NCBI RefSeq assembly: GCF_018977255.1
Contig: NW_024704743.1
Location: 97,404,001 to 97,464,000 of the forward strand
Direction: 5' to 3'
Length of the DNA: 60,000 bases
From: Callorhinchus milii
Taxonomy: Eukaryota
Made by a program: the position numbers and the translations under genes. Positions 13,253 to 23,897 of the stretch are shown one piece after another. The number at the start of each line of letters is the position of its first letter. Within the stretch, counting starts at the first letter, position 1. The notes under the pieces were generated by a model. That model was not told where the DNA came from. It was given only the letters and a program-made list of their open reading frames with translations, and made no database searches.

Positions 13253-14520
13253 TGGTAGGCAAACACAGCATGCAATCATACAATTTGCTTACGGTAATTT
13301 CCCACAAACAGCCATGAAGCACATGGGTTCATGGGAATGAACCAATTTTTTGTCTGGGAGATACTGTATTCTCTTTTCAAATAGTGCCATGGGATATTTA
13401 GGATCCAACAACAACAACAACAACAAAATTACATTTGTAGAGCGCCTTTTCACGTCGGGAGGACGTCCCAAGGCACTGGACAGTCAGAGTTTTGGACCTG
13501 AGCTGGGGGTCGAGATCAGGGAGGGTGGAGGACAGGGGCCAAGCAGGGTGATCTAAAACACGGTCAAAGGGGAGGGTCTTGAGATGGGTCTTGAAGAGGG
13601 AGAGGCGAAGGGACTGCGAGATGGAGTTCCAGAGGATGGGGGCAGAGTGGCACAAGACCCACCCGCCAATAGTGGGGCGAGCGAGGTGGGGGATGTGAAG
13701 CAGGACGGAGCCCGCTGAGCGGAGGGAGTGAGCAGGATGGTAACGGGTTAGGAGGTTGCAGAGATAGGGGGGGAGCAAGACTATGGAGGGCTTTGAAGGT
13801 GAGAACCAGGATCTTGAACAGTATCCTCTGTGTGATGGGAAGCCAGTGGAGTCAGGTGAGGATGGGGGTGATAGGGTCATGGAGCCTGGTGTGGGAGAGG
13901 ACACGGGCTGCAGAGTTCTGAATGATCTGCAGCCTACAGAGGAAGGAGTTAGGGAGGCAGTCAAGCAAGGAGTTTGCATAGTCAAGCCTTGATGTAATCA
14001 ATGCGTGTATGATGGTTTCGGCGGCCTGCGGTGTGAGACAGTGGTGGAGTTGGATGATGTTGCGGAGGTGGGGGAAGGCAGAGCGGGTCATGGCACAGAT
14101 GTGGGGTAGAAAGGACAGTTGAGGGTCAAACATGACCCCAAGGTTCTGGACTGGCTTAACAAGCTGGAGTGTGCAACTATGGATGGTGATGCTGTCAGCA
14201 CCTGAGGTGTGGAGGTACTGACGGGAGCCAATCAGGAGAGTCTCGGTCTTGTTGACGTTCAACTGAAGAAAATTAGCTCTCATCCAGGACTTGTCTGACA
14301 CACATTCTGACAGGACAACAGTGGTCCTGGAGTCAAGGGATGAAGCAAAGAGGTAGAGTTGGGTGTCACCTGAACAGGCAGACGGAACCTCAGTGTAATC
14401 TCTCATTCAAAGGATGGCATCCCTGTGCTGCATTAGAGGGGTGCCAACGTACACTGTGAAATCAGGTTCCAATGGTGGATTAAATCCCAACCTTTTTACT
14501 TCGAGGCAAGAGTGCTACCA
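13253..14520 (-). mobile_element. Old Deu-SINE split by an L2 insertion (pieces 13253-13406 and 14368-14520)
   Basis: cccacaaacagcc...caaatagtgccatgggatatttaggatcc lies before the L2. acctgaacaggcagacggaacctcag...aggcaagagtgctacca lies after it. Together they form one continuous minus-strand SINE. Confidence 0.75.
13407..14367 (-). mobile_element. 5'-truncated L2 LINE
   Basis: ORFs 13852-14406 and 13398-13985 encode [35 protein letters not shown] and APILWNS. The 3' stem-loop and (TTG)n tail lie at 13407-13480. Same family as the element at 4926-8420. Confidence 0.93.
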
Positions 14521-15229
14521 AATACAACAACAACAAGATTCCATTTATAAAGCGCCTTTCACGTCAGGAGGACGTGATGGGATTGGCTATCACCCCTCTA
14601 TCATATGCAATACTTATTATAGTAATATTAATTTAGAAATTGAAAATTATCAATTTATGTAAGCATAATACAGCATTAATGTTATACCAATTCAATTATG
14701 CAACGTAGCAGATTACCATCTTTAAAAAAAATACATCTGAACAAATAAGGATACATTATAATAAAACAATATATTTGAACAAGCATCTCATTTCAGGGTA
14801 ATCCTTAATCAGCCTTCCTGCTGTTTCTCAATTGTGATATGTACATATTTTGAACACTATACAATTGGGATTAAACATGTATATTCAGCAATATTATCAC
14901 TGTGCTTTTAGGTTTGAGTCAATTGGATTTTGTTTAAAGTGCTACTTCTAAATGCCAAATGTATGTGATCCAGAGTAGATGAATATTACTCAGCTGCTTC
15001 TCTCCCAACCTAAAAAGGTTTCCTTTTAATTTTATTTGTTCACTTCCTTTTGGATAGCACTCAGCATCGAAACTTGCATTTATATATTTATTTGAAACTG
15101 CTGTGCACAATTGGCTTCCATTGTCTCTCCCATATAATACACAGTCAATTCATTCACCGTATATTCTGTGAGGCACTTTGAGACGTCTCAACGAGGTGAT
15201 AAGGCAAGGTTTTTTTGTAGATTTATTTT

Positions 15230-15670
15230 TTCTTTGCATAGGATAATGTCTTGGAGCACTCCAGAGAGACAAGGTCAGACCCTGAGCCAGAGACAAGTGG
15301 AAGGAGGAGGTAACCTTGTGCTCAGTCGAAGAGATAGGTTTTAAGACGGGATTTAAAGACCAATAAAAAGGGGAAAAGAAAAGTCCAAGCGGGAGGCAAC
15401 AAAGGCTTGAATAAGGGATTCATTTGGTGCAAGATGAGGCCAAGACAGCCATTGTAATGGAGGTGAAGAAAATTCTTGGTCAGCGACCAGATGTGAGGGA
15501 GAAAGGAGAACTGAGAATCAGACTGGATGCATTTGAGTTTGAGAGAGAGCCGCCAGCAGTTGAAGAGGTCAGAGGCAGAGAGAAGCAAGGAGGATGGCTT
15601 CCATCTTGTCCATATTGAAATGCAAGGTCATCCAGGCCTTGATGTCTGACAGGCAAGCAGACAGGTATCA
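15230..15670 (-). mobile_element. Decayed L2 3' fragment
   Basis: The minus-strand ORF contains SQFSFLPHIWSLTK and FKSRLKTYLFD. Confidence 0.75.
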
Positions 15671-16519
15671 GGAGTGATCATTCATCATTGGCAAATGTGG
15701 AACAAGCTGCACATTCAGGTCAAATGGCCTCCTGTCCTGTGAATGTCCGTGGTTCTATTTAATCACTGAGAATCTCACTTTGTTTTAGAATTGCTTTCAG
15801 TGACAAGCTATGGAGTTTTAGGCTGGAGTCTCCAAGCTAGCCTGTACCCAATACTCTCTGGAATTAGGTAAGCAGGGTGCATCCCTCCGGGGAAAGTGCA
15901 TATTCCATTCCAAATACACAGGAATTTCCATGTGTAGGTGGCATGCACTGAACTCTCAGTCTAGTTTGGAAACTCTTAATCTGACACATGGGTTTCCACA
16001 TGTGTCAAACAATTGAATAACCAAAAATGTTTGTCACGATTAACATGCATCAAATGGAATACTTAAACTGGAAACCTCTTTCCTTTGTTTCCACACCGCG
16101 ATTAATTGAACCATTAGATATGTTTAGCAGCCTCTTCAGGAAGCAGCCTCTGCCACAGAGATTCAATCGAAGCATTTGCAAACATTACATTGTTATTATC
16201 CAAGTGTCTACTGCTGTTTCGGCGCTGCCAAATGTCACTCAGAAACACTTGTTTTGATTTTAAATTAATTCTGTTTAAAAAAAAACTAATTCATGCTGCC
16301 CTCTGAAATGCAACATAATCGTAAAAAAATGTTCAGTTTGGGCAATAATTTTTCTTCCTCTGGAATAAAGTGCAATATGGAGGACAAGCATATTATATAT
16401 TTGTTCCTAATGCAAATGCAAGGATTATTATACATAATTTACAAGGGTACTCATTTATTTTTAATTTAGTTTGTTCATTTTATTTCTATTTTCCTCCTGA
16501 ATGTCTCTGTTTTTAGTCT

Positions 16520-16850
16520 GACCTCCTCTTGCTGGAATGTAATTCCACAGGCCTCCAATACACCATCCAAGTGGCCATTATTCATGCATGAGCCTTGGTT
16601 GTGAACGTTGGCAGGCCATTAGATTGTAGAAGGCATCACAGCCGAGCCTGATCTCTCCCATCCAGGTGTGCACACACACATCCAGTAAAGGCTATTGTAG
16701 AGGAACCAGGAGTGAGTTGGCTTTCCTCTCCATAACCCTGGGGAAGCCAGGGGCAATTTTGCCTCCAGCAAACCCAGCCCCTGCCAGGATTCAAACCAGT
16801 GAGCTCCTAGTCATTAAACTGCAGCTCTATCCATTATACCATCAGGCAAT
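16520..16850 (-). mobile_element. Old tRNA-headed SINE of a different family (second partial copy at ~34560-34725)
   Basis: Minus-strand A box TGGTATAATGG and B box GGTTTGAATCC at ~16760-16845. The body (ccaagtggccatt.ttcatg, ggcatcacagccgagcctgatc) differs from the Deu-SINEs. Confidence 0.55.
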
Positions 16851-17299
16851 TTTGCATTCCACATAAAGTCGTGGGAGTTGAACTGTGGAAATGACAATCG
16901 CATGATAAATATTTTAAATGTACTTCAAGCTGGTATAAATGGGTTGTATTAACTGAGTTCAAAACCTGGCCAATATCAGGCCATCAGCCGCCCGCTCTCA
17001 CTTGTAGTGGTTTTGTGATTCTCAGCCTTGACTGTTGCTCACACCTCACCACATTTAGTTTAAAGAAAATCTTAAAATGTGCATTGAACAACACTATGAT
17101 CTACGTGCAAAATACAGAGATAGTGTCATTTGAAAAATAAATAGAAGTTTTATAATAGCAACCAGGAATTTCAGGCATTTCATACATTTATTTCCCTAAA
17201 GTTTTGTGAATGTATTCAACAGAAGAAATGGGAGAAAGAGGAAGTCGGAATTCTTGTAGATTTTTCAACATTGGAGAAATGCTAAAGAATAGCATTCAT

Positions 17300-17565
17300 A
17301 ATAATAAAATAATCCTTGCATTTGATATAGCGCTTTTCATGTCTTCTAGACGTCTCAAAGCGCTTCACAGAATATACTATAAAGTGAATTAACTGTATGT
17401 TTTAGGGGTGAAACACGGCAGCCAATTTGCACAGCAGTGTCCCACAAACAGTCGACCAAATTGAGTGGCCAAATTATTATTTTTTAGGGATTTTTATCCC
17501 CGGTAAAGCAATCCGCCAATTGACTAATAACCATGTTCCTACTTACTGCTACTGCTACTTACTGC
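17300..17565 (-). mobile_element. 5'-truncated SINE, longer-body variant
   Basis: Same tail and Deu segment as the young SINE, plus the extra segment atccccggtaaagcaatccgccaattgactaataacc shared with 26570-26820 and 52410-52745. Confidence 0.85.
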
Positions 17566-20500
17566 TAGGATTCATCATCAGTAAACACAGAACAGATTTC
17601 ACATTCAGGCTCAATGGCCTCCTCCTATGCTGTAAATTTCTATGGTTCTATTTATTGAGAACTTAGTTTGTTTTAAGATGGACATTCATCAAAATGGATG
17701 ACATACTTAAACTGCAACAATTGTCAGTTTAAATATGTCATCCATTTCTTGATCTGCAGTTTGTAGATAGTTGGATTCCAGTTTAAAGCTAAATTTCTGT
17801 TTTTCTCCTGCAATGCTAATCTCATTGACTGGATAATTTTGGCGTGCAGGGTTAACGGGATCTGAGTGGAAAGTGTCCCTTCCCCCAGTAAAGGCAGTAG
17901 GCAGAGGGAGTCCTGGTCTCATGAATTAAACATGATATATTTTTAGTATACATACAGTATAACACGTAAAGCATGATATCAGCAAACTATTCTGAAATAT
18001 TAATTGCATTAATTTAGAGCCAATTGTTGAAACGTTGGGGTTAATAACGTGTTTGAATGGGAAAGTTACAGCATTGGTATGAGAGTAAGAAAAAGCATTT
18101 GGAAACATTAAGTGCATCGGAGAGGGTAACCCCATGTACATCACATTGATTCATCAGACAGATCATTGCTCCAAGGCGATTTCGGATCAGATTTCTCACA
18201 AGTTGACGTACGTGAAATTGCCTGCATGAGATGCATTTTATATCCCGAGGTGCATTTTTCAGCATTCTTTATAGGGTGTTTTGTTGTATTTTCTGTCATT
18301 TAGGAATAACATAATTTTGACCCCTAATAATAATAAAAATCCTTACATTTGATATTTGATATTACATTTGATATTACATTTGATATATATGTTGTCAAAT
18401 ATGTCAAAGAGATTAACAGGATTATTACTGTGAAGGGCAGTGATTGCGCATTTTGTAGGTGAATGTGGTAGCCAATTTACACACAGGAATGTTCACAAAG
18501 TGAATGACCAATTTTAACTTGGGTTGTTTTTAATTCACATCCACTATGTTTTGCCCAGTGATGGGGTCCGCCAGTAACCTGGATGAACTGCATTAATTTT
18601 GTAAAATCCTGATGCCATTTGATTGCCAACATTATGTTCAGCAGCAGAACTCATGAAACTACTGATTTCACATCTCTATGTGGACAGCTGCCACATTGCT
18701 TGCTCATAATTGCTGAGGTTCATGAATCATATATATTGGAAATGTATTGATTTGCACTTTCACATGCTGTGCCTTGCAAATCATTCTGAAAAATGGTATT
18801 TTGGAAGCACTTTTTGCTTCCTTCTGTAATGATTGTTTGGCTGCATTTGTTCACAGGTCTTATCTGCTGTCCAATATTGTTTTAATTCCTTTTTTGTTTG
18901 CTATGTTATGAAATCAGGATTCCATGCTCAGATTTGACGTGCACTGTTTTACTAAACAGGATTTTGTTGATGAATTATATAACTCATCCATGAAGTACTT
19001 TTTTATTACTCACTTTCGTTGAATGCTATGCCAGTTGAAGGACTGAACTCATAAAGTGGTAAATCATCAATTACAGGATTTATCAGAAAGTCTGCATCAG
19101 TCTCAATGATGTTTCCTCTCTTTAATATCACTCATTCCCTTGAGGTAGAGATGATCAGGCAGAAAGCAGAGCTTTGTATGTTGGTACTTTATTTACGGAT
19201 TCAATCCACAACGTACATCTTTACATATATTATATATTGATAGACAGAGTGTAGGTATGTGTACACATAGACAATGAGAGCTGTATCCAGGATTTTCCCG
19301 AGACCCAGCAATGTTTATTCAGACTGAGGTTTCATGTTTGAGCTGTGGCTGGAACCCGGGCCTGAATACTGAGTGGGGCAGGAGCTTGGGCTCAAGTTGG
19401 AACAGAAGCTGGGGAGGAGTTTGACAGGGAGCTGAGAGCAAAATGTAAAACTTTCACCTCCAGATGCCTGTTTCCAACTGCTGCCACGTGTGTCTTCATT
19501 CTGCCAATTGACTTAGTTGACACTATATATGTGTAGAAGGCTCCACCTGCACAGAGTAATTTTCCTGCAAAACTCAAAATCCAGCTTCGCTCCAGCTTTT
19601 GAGATCACCGATTTATGTCCAATAGATTCATGCTTTTCCACATTCCTATTTGTGGGGTTTGGGCCCATCCTTGTAATATAAAGGTGTCTCACTGTATATA
19701 TTTCCCTCTCCTTGTTCATTTGTATCTTTAACAACAAGAGGTAGTGGAGGAGCAGATTTTATTTTCTAAAATGATTATCCATCAGTGTAAAAATTAATCT
19801 ACATTATTTGCACTTACATCATCTCTGTCTTCATACTGAATCTTACAAAAGTCTTTCCCTCTTTGATTCGATACTGAATTATTGGTTTGCAGTCATTAAC
19901 TTGACACCTATTGATTCAACTTATCCTTGTTATGTTTCAAACCGGTCTCTCCAATTGATGGTTTTATACAGACTACTTCACACCAAGCGATGACAGATTT
20001 ATATCCGAATCAAGACCTATTTTTCTTCTGAACAAAGTTGCAGTTGTGTTATATTCTGTGCATGTCTCTGTATAATGCAGGGCAGTCAAATAAGGTTCAT
20101 AAAATAAGTGAGTGTCGAAAAGATAAAATTACAACTATAAAACATTTCTTTTTCATTAACTAAGCATATGGATCTGCATTGCTGACATCCCCTAGAAATG
20201 CTCCTCATCGTCTATATTGTTACCCCTGGAACTCCCTCTCTCGACTCCTCTATCTCAACTTAAAATCTACCTCTTCAACAGTGCCTATGGTCACCTTTCC
20301 CTTCCTCTGTCTCCCCTTATTATTGCTCTTAGAACTTTTAAGACTCCTAGCATTATTTAAATTCCATCGCCATTACTTTGCTTAATTATCAATTAACAAA
20401 CAGAACTAGCTGTGTATTTTCATTTTCACTCTCCTAATTCTGGAGAGTATAAGGCATGGGTTGTCTAGAGAATCCTGGAGTGTACATTGGGGATACTACT

Positions 20501-21091
20501 GGGGTTAAAAACCATAAACTGCACTGATAAACTTCCCATGTACCCAGCTAATATCACCCTATCTGTTAACGCTTTGACTTAACAAAAAGGTCAACAAAAC
20601 TGAGTGGGAAGAATCCCTGCCCGCAGTAACAGGTCTGCCCACCAAGTCCTGCTGATGAGCCAGCCTGTCTGGTCTATTATCTATCTGTCTGGAGTATTGT
20701 GAACCCACCTGGTTCAGGAACCTTACTCCTGAGACAGCCACAGAGGATTTACTCAATTATGACATTCTGTTGCTGAGCACGTCATCTTGGGAGTCAGCTC
20801 AGGTGAAGCTCTTTACTCTTTTCGAGTGATGTTCTGCGATCTCATACAAAGCCAACACCTACCCCCCACACTCCACATGAGGCATTTGGCCCAGTTGTTG
20901 ATTGACAATATAATTTATATAGTGCCTCAGAATGTACCTCTTTCAGTCAACTTTCATCTCCTCGGTTTCCACCCCCAGCTCGGGTACCCAGTCCGAATTG
21001 TCAAATGCTTTGGTCACTCAGTCTGTTTGGATACCAGTCTGAGTGACTAATTCTGACTCAGTTGAGACACCTTTGAGCAGGGAGTCATATT

Positions 21092-21401
21092 ATAATAATA
21101 ATAATCCTTGCATTTGATATAGCGCTTTTCACGTCGGGAGGACGTCCCAAAGCGCTTCACAGAAGACACTGTAAAGTGAATTGACTATATTTGTGGGCGA
21201 ACGCGGCAGCCAATTGCGCACAGCAATGTCCCACAAACAGTCGTAGATTGAAAATGACCAATTTTAATTATTGTTTTTGGAGGGATTATTATTAGGCGTG
21301 TGGAGTAAGGAAACTTGCCCAAGGTTTCGCCCTGCCTGGAATTGAACTCAGGTCTCTCATTTGCAAAGCGAGTGCTCTAACCACTGAGCTACAGGACTCC
21401 A
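21092..21401 (-). mobile_element. Young tRNA-derived SINE, full length
   Basis: Full head-to-tail copy with TSD CATATT (21086-21091, 21402-21407). Confidence 0.95.
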
Positions 21402-22679
21402 CATATTGACAGGGTTAGGAAAAAACTGAGGCCACTTAGTATGCAAATGTTACTAAAATTCCCAACTACAACAAGGAGTGAGAACCGTCGCAGCAGAGCC
21501 ACGGCTTTCAACAATTAAAAGTAAGAGCAAGTGCACTGTATTTTTAGTGAGGTGAATGCTAAAAATATTTGCATTTAATATGAGTGCTTTTGTGTGAGTT
21601 CAGGTTAGTTACCTTCACGTTGGACAGATGCTGAAATAAATGGCACAGCTATAAAAGTAGAACACCGTAGTTTAACAACCCTGATTTCTATTGGGATAAC
21701 ATAAACAGTTAAATCTGTTAAAGAAACAACCTCTCTTCATCAACCATCTGCTGTCAACAACCACCCTGGAACCCACCCTGGAACAGTCCTGAACGATTTT
21801 TCATAATATACCATCTCTATTCAGCCACCACCTGTCTAATACAACCAGTGGCTCCTTCTTTAGCCCTGTAGATTTACAGACACCCTTTTCAGCAGCCGGA
21901 TCCGGTCCGATTGGTTGCTCGGTGTGGTGTTGGCATGTGCTAGGAGTCTAACAGTAGACCCACTGAAATTTTTAGCTGACAGAAATAAAAATGATTTGTA
22001 TTTTGTAACTGATTTAATACTTCATTAGAACTAGTTTGATTTATGGGTTTGACTGTGTACTGTATTTTTCTATACACTTAGAAATCTTACACACACCAAC
22101 GAACCCTTACTCAAAGGCTACCCTTACATAAAGGCCAGTTTGGTCCAGTCCCCTGAGTGGTTGCTGAAAACAGGTTTGGCTGTATGCTGGATATAATACA
22201 AAATGAAATAATCCTCCCCCACCCCCCCAATAAAAAATGTTGGGGAGAAACAACATTCCAATGGTCTATTGATGGATACATATATTTTGTATTATCTGAA
22301 ACGATTAAGAATCATCATCAAATAAAAATAGGGATTGTTGGCTTGGACATACTTAACAAAACGACTGGTGTGACTGCTTGTGGGATATTGCTGTGTGCAA
22401 ATTAGCTGGCGAGATCATCCATTTGCCTACCACGTACACTGTCACTACACTTTAAAGTAAATCCCGAGAAGCTCTTTGAGACGTCCGCCTGACCTGAAAA
22501 TGCGGTGTGTCAAATGTAAGGACGAAGGGGATTTGTTATTTTTATTATTGCACGTGTGAGAATTTTTTTTAATAAAAGGAACAATTTATATTTCGGATCC
22601 AAAAGAGACTTCCTTTCAGATTGATTGCTTGAGATCCCAACAAAGTGATGCCACTGTGCTTTGAAATGGGAATATGGAT

Positions 22680-23363
22680 CACATGTATGTGTGTGTGTTG
22701 TGTGTATGTTGGGAGGTGGAGGAGAGACAGACAGAGACAGAGAGACAGATCAAAGCGAACCCACCACCTCCTCCTCTCCCTCTTCTTAGATCCAGAGCAT
22801 CTCCTTCAGCTCCCACCATCAGCATCAGCATCCGCATCGTCCCTCTCTCCTTTCCTCCCTCCTTCTCTCTCTCTCTCACACACACACTCCATCCATCCCT
22901 CTCTCCTGGAGAATCCTCCCAGCACAGCCCAACCCTGATTCCGACACACAGCCACAAGCACTCATTAAATCATAACCTGCTCTTTGGTGGAGGGAGGGGA
23001 GGGAAGGAAAGGGAGGAGGAGGAGGAGGAGGAGGAGGGAGCTGCATCATTTGGAAAAGCACATGGATTCCCAGAGAGAGAGAGAGAGATAAGCAAGACAG
23101 AGTGTGATGCTGTCCACCCAGTCTGATTAAAAGCGAGCCTGAAAGCCAGACAGACAGACAGACAGACACAGAGGGGGGGAAGAGGGAGGGAAAGAAAGAA
23201 AGAGGGAGGGGAGAGAGAGAGAGAGAGAGAGCTTTCCACACCCCAAAGACTCTGATGGGACCTGTTCACTCGGGCTCTGGTGTGTGTTGGCGAGCCATGG
23301 CATTGGTCCCCTCCCTGCTCTCTCCCAGCTCGGCTTCAGTGAGGATCGGTGCGGCCGCTCGCC
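22680..23363 (+). promoter_or_regulatory. Probable KCNQ3 promoter / 5' UTR region rich in simple repeats
   Basis: Repeat-element-free, GC-rising segment immediately upstream of the ATG. It contains (GT)n, (CT)n, (GGA)n at ~23013-23036, (GA)n and (CAGA)n tracts. The TSS cannot be determined from sequence. Confidence 0.6.
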
Positions 23364-23432
23364 ATGGGGCTCAAGTCGGGGAGCGCTGATGGCGATGGCA
23401 AGAGACTGCGAGTGGCTTTCGCCAGCGAGGCT

Positions 23433-23463
<31 letters not shown>

Positions 23464-23719
23464 GGGCGGCGGGGCTGGGGCTGGGGCTGGGGCTGAGCTC
23501 CGGGGCGGATCGGGACGGCGCTTTGCTGATCTCGGGAGGAGAGAGACGGGGCAGAGCGGGCAGCAGCCAGAGCTCCAGGCAAGGGCTCAGCCTCCTGAGC
23601 AAACCCCTCGGCTACGGCCGACCGACCCAGAGGAAAGCCACCTACAGGAAACTGCAGAACTTTCTCTACGATGCTCTGGAGAGACCCGGGGGCTGGGCTC
23701 TGGTCTATCACGCTTTTGT
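23364..23719 (+). CDS. KCNQ3: Voltage-gated potassium channel Kv7.3, first coding exon (N-terminus to start of S1; 118 codons + 2 nt)
   Basis: ATG in GCCATGG context. The protein MGLKSG...[10 protein letters not shown]...[26 protein letters not shown] matches the KCNQ pre-S1 signature. MGLK, GAD(K/R)DG and [11 protein letters not shown] favour KCNQ3 over KCNQ2/4/5. Donor GT|GTGAGT at 23720 is phase 2, as in mammalian KCNQ2/3 exon 1. Confidence 0.9.
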
Positions 23720-23796
23720 GTGAGTAGAACGGCAACTGTAACGAATGCATTTTACATTTAGCAGGTGGTCAACACCCCCCCCCCCCCCACCCCCCA

Positions 23797-23864
23797 CCCT
23801 CACCCCGAGCAGCAGCCCCTCACCCCGAGCAGCAGCCCCTCACCCCGAGCAGCAGCCCCTCACC

Positions 23865-23867
<3 letters not shown>
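23797..23867. repeat. 20-bp GC-rich minisatellite x3.5, flanked by a C-run, (GT)n and a G-run
   Basis: caccccgagcagcagcccct at 23801, 23821 and 23841. Confidence 0.95.

Positions 23868-23897
<30 letters not shown>

Noticed and set aside
20650..20670. CTGATGAG motifs (also at ~40668 and ~49481) as extra hammerhead cores
   Set aside because: No helix II followed by GAAA at a suitable distance.
21340..21401. tRNA-like sequences (A/B boxes, TTTGCAA anticodon-like loop) in SINE heads
   Set aside because: The acceptor stem is not complete and each runs straight into a SINE body and tail, so they are not tRNA genes.
23127..23750. 207-aa antisense ORF over exon 1, and other low-complexity ORFs at 22645-24335
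   Set aside because: These are by-products of high GC content and microsatellites, with no protein-family features.
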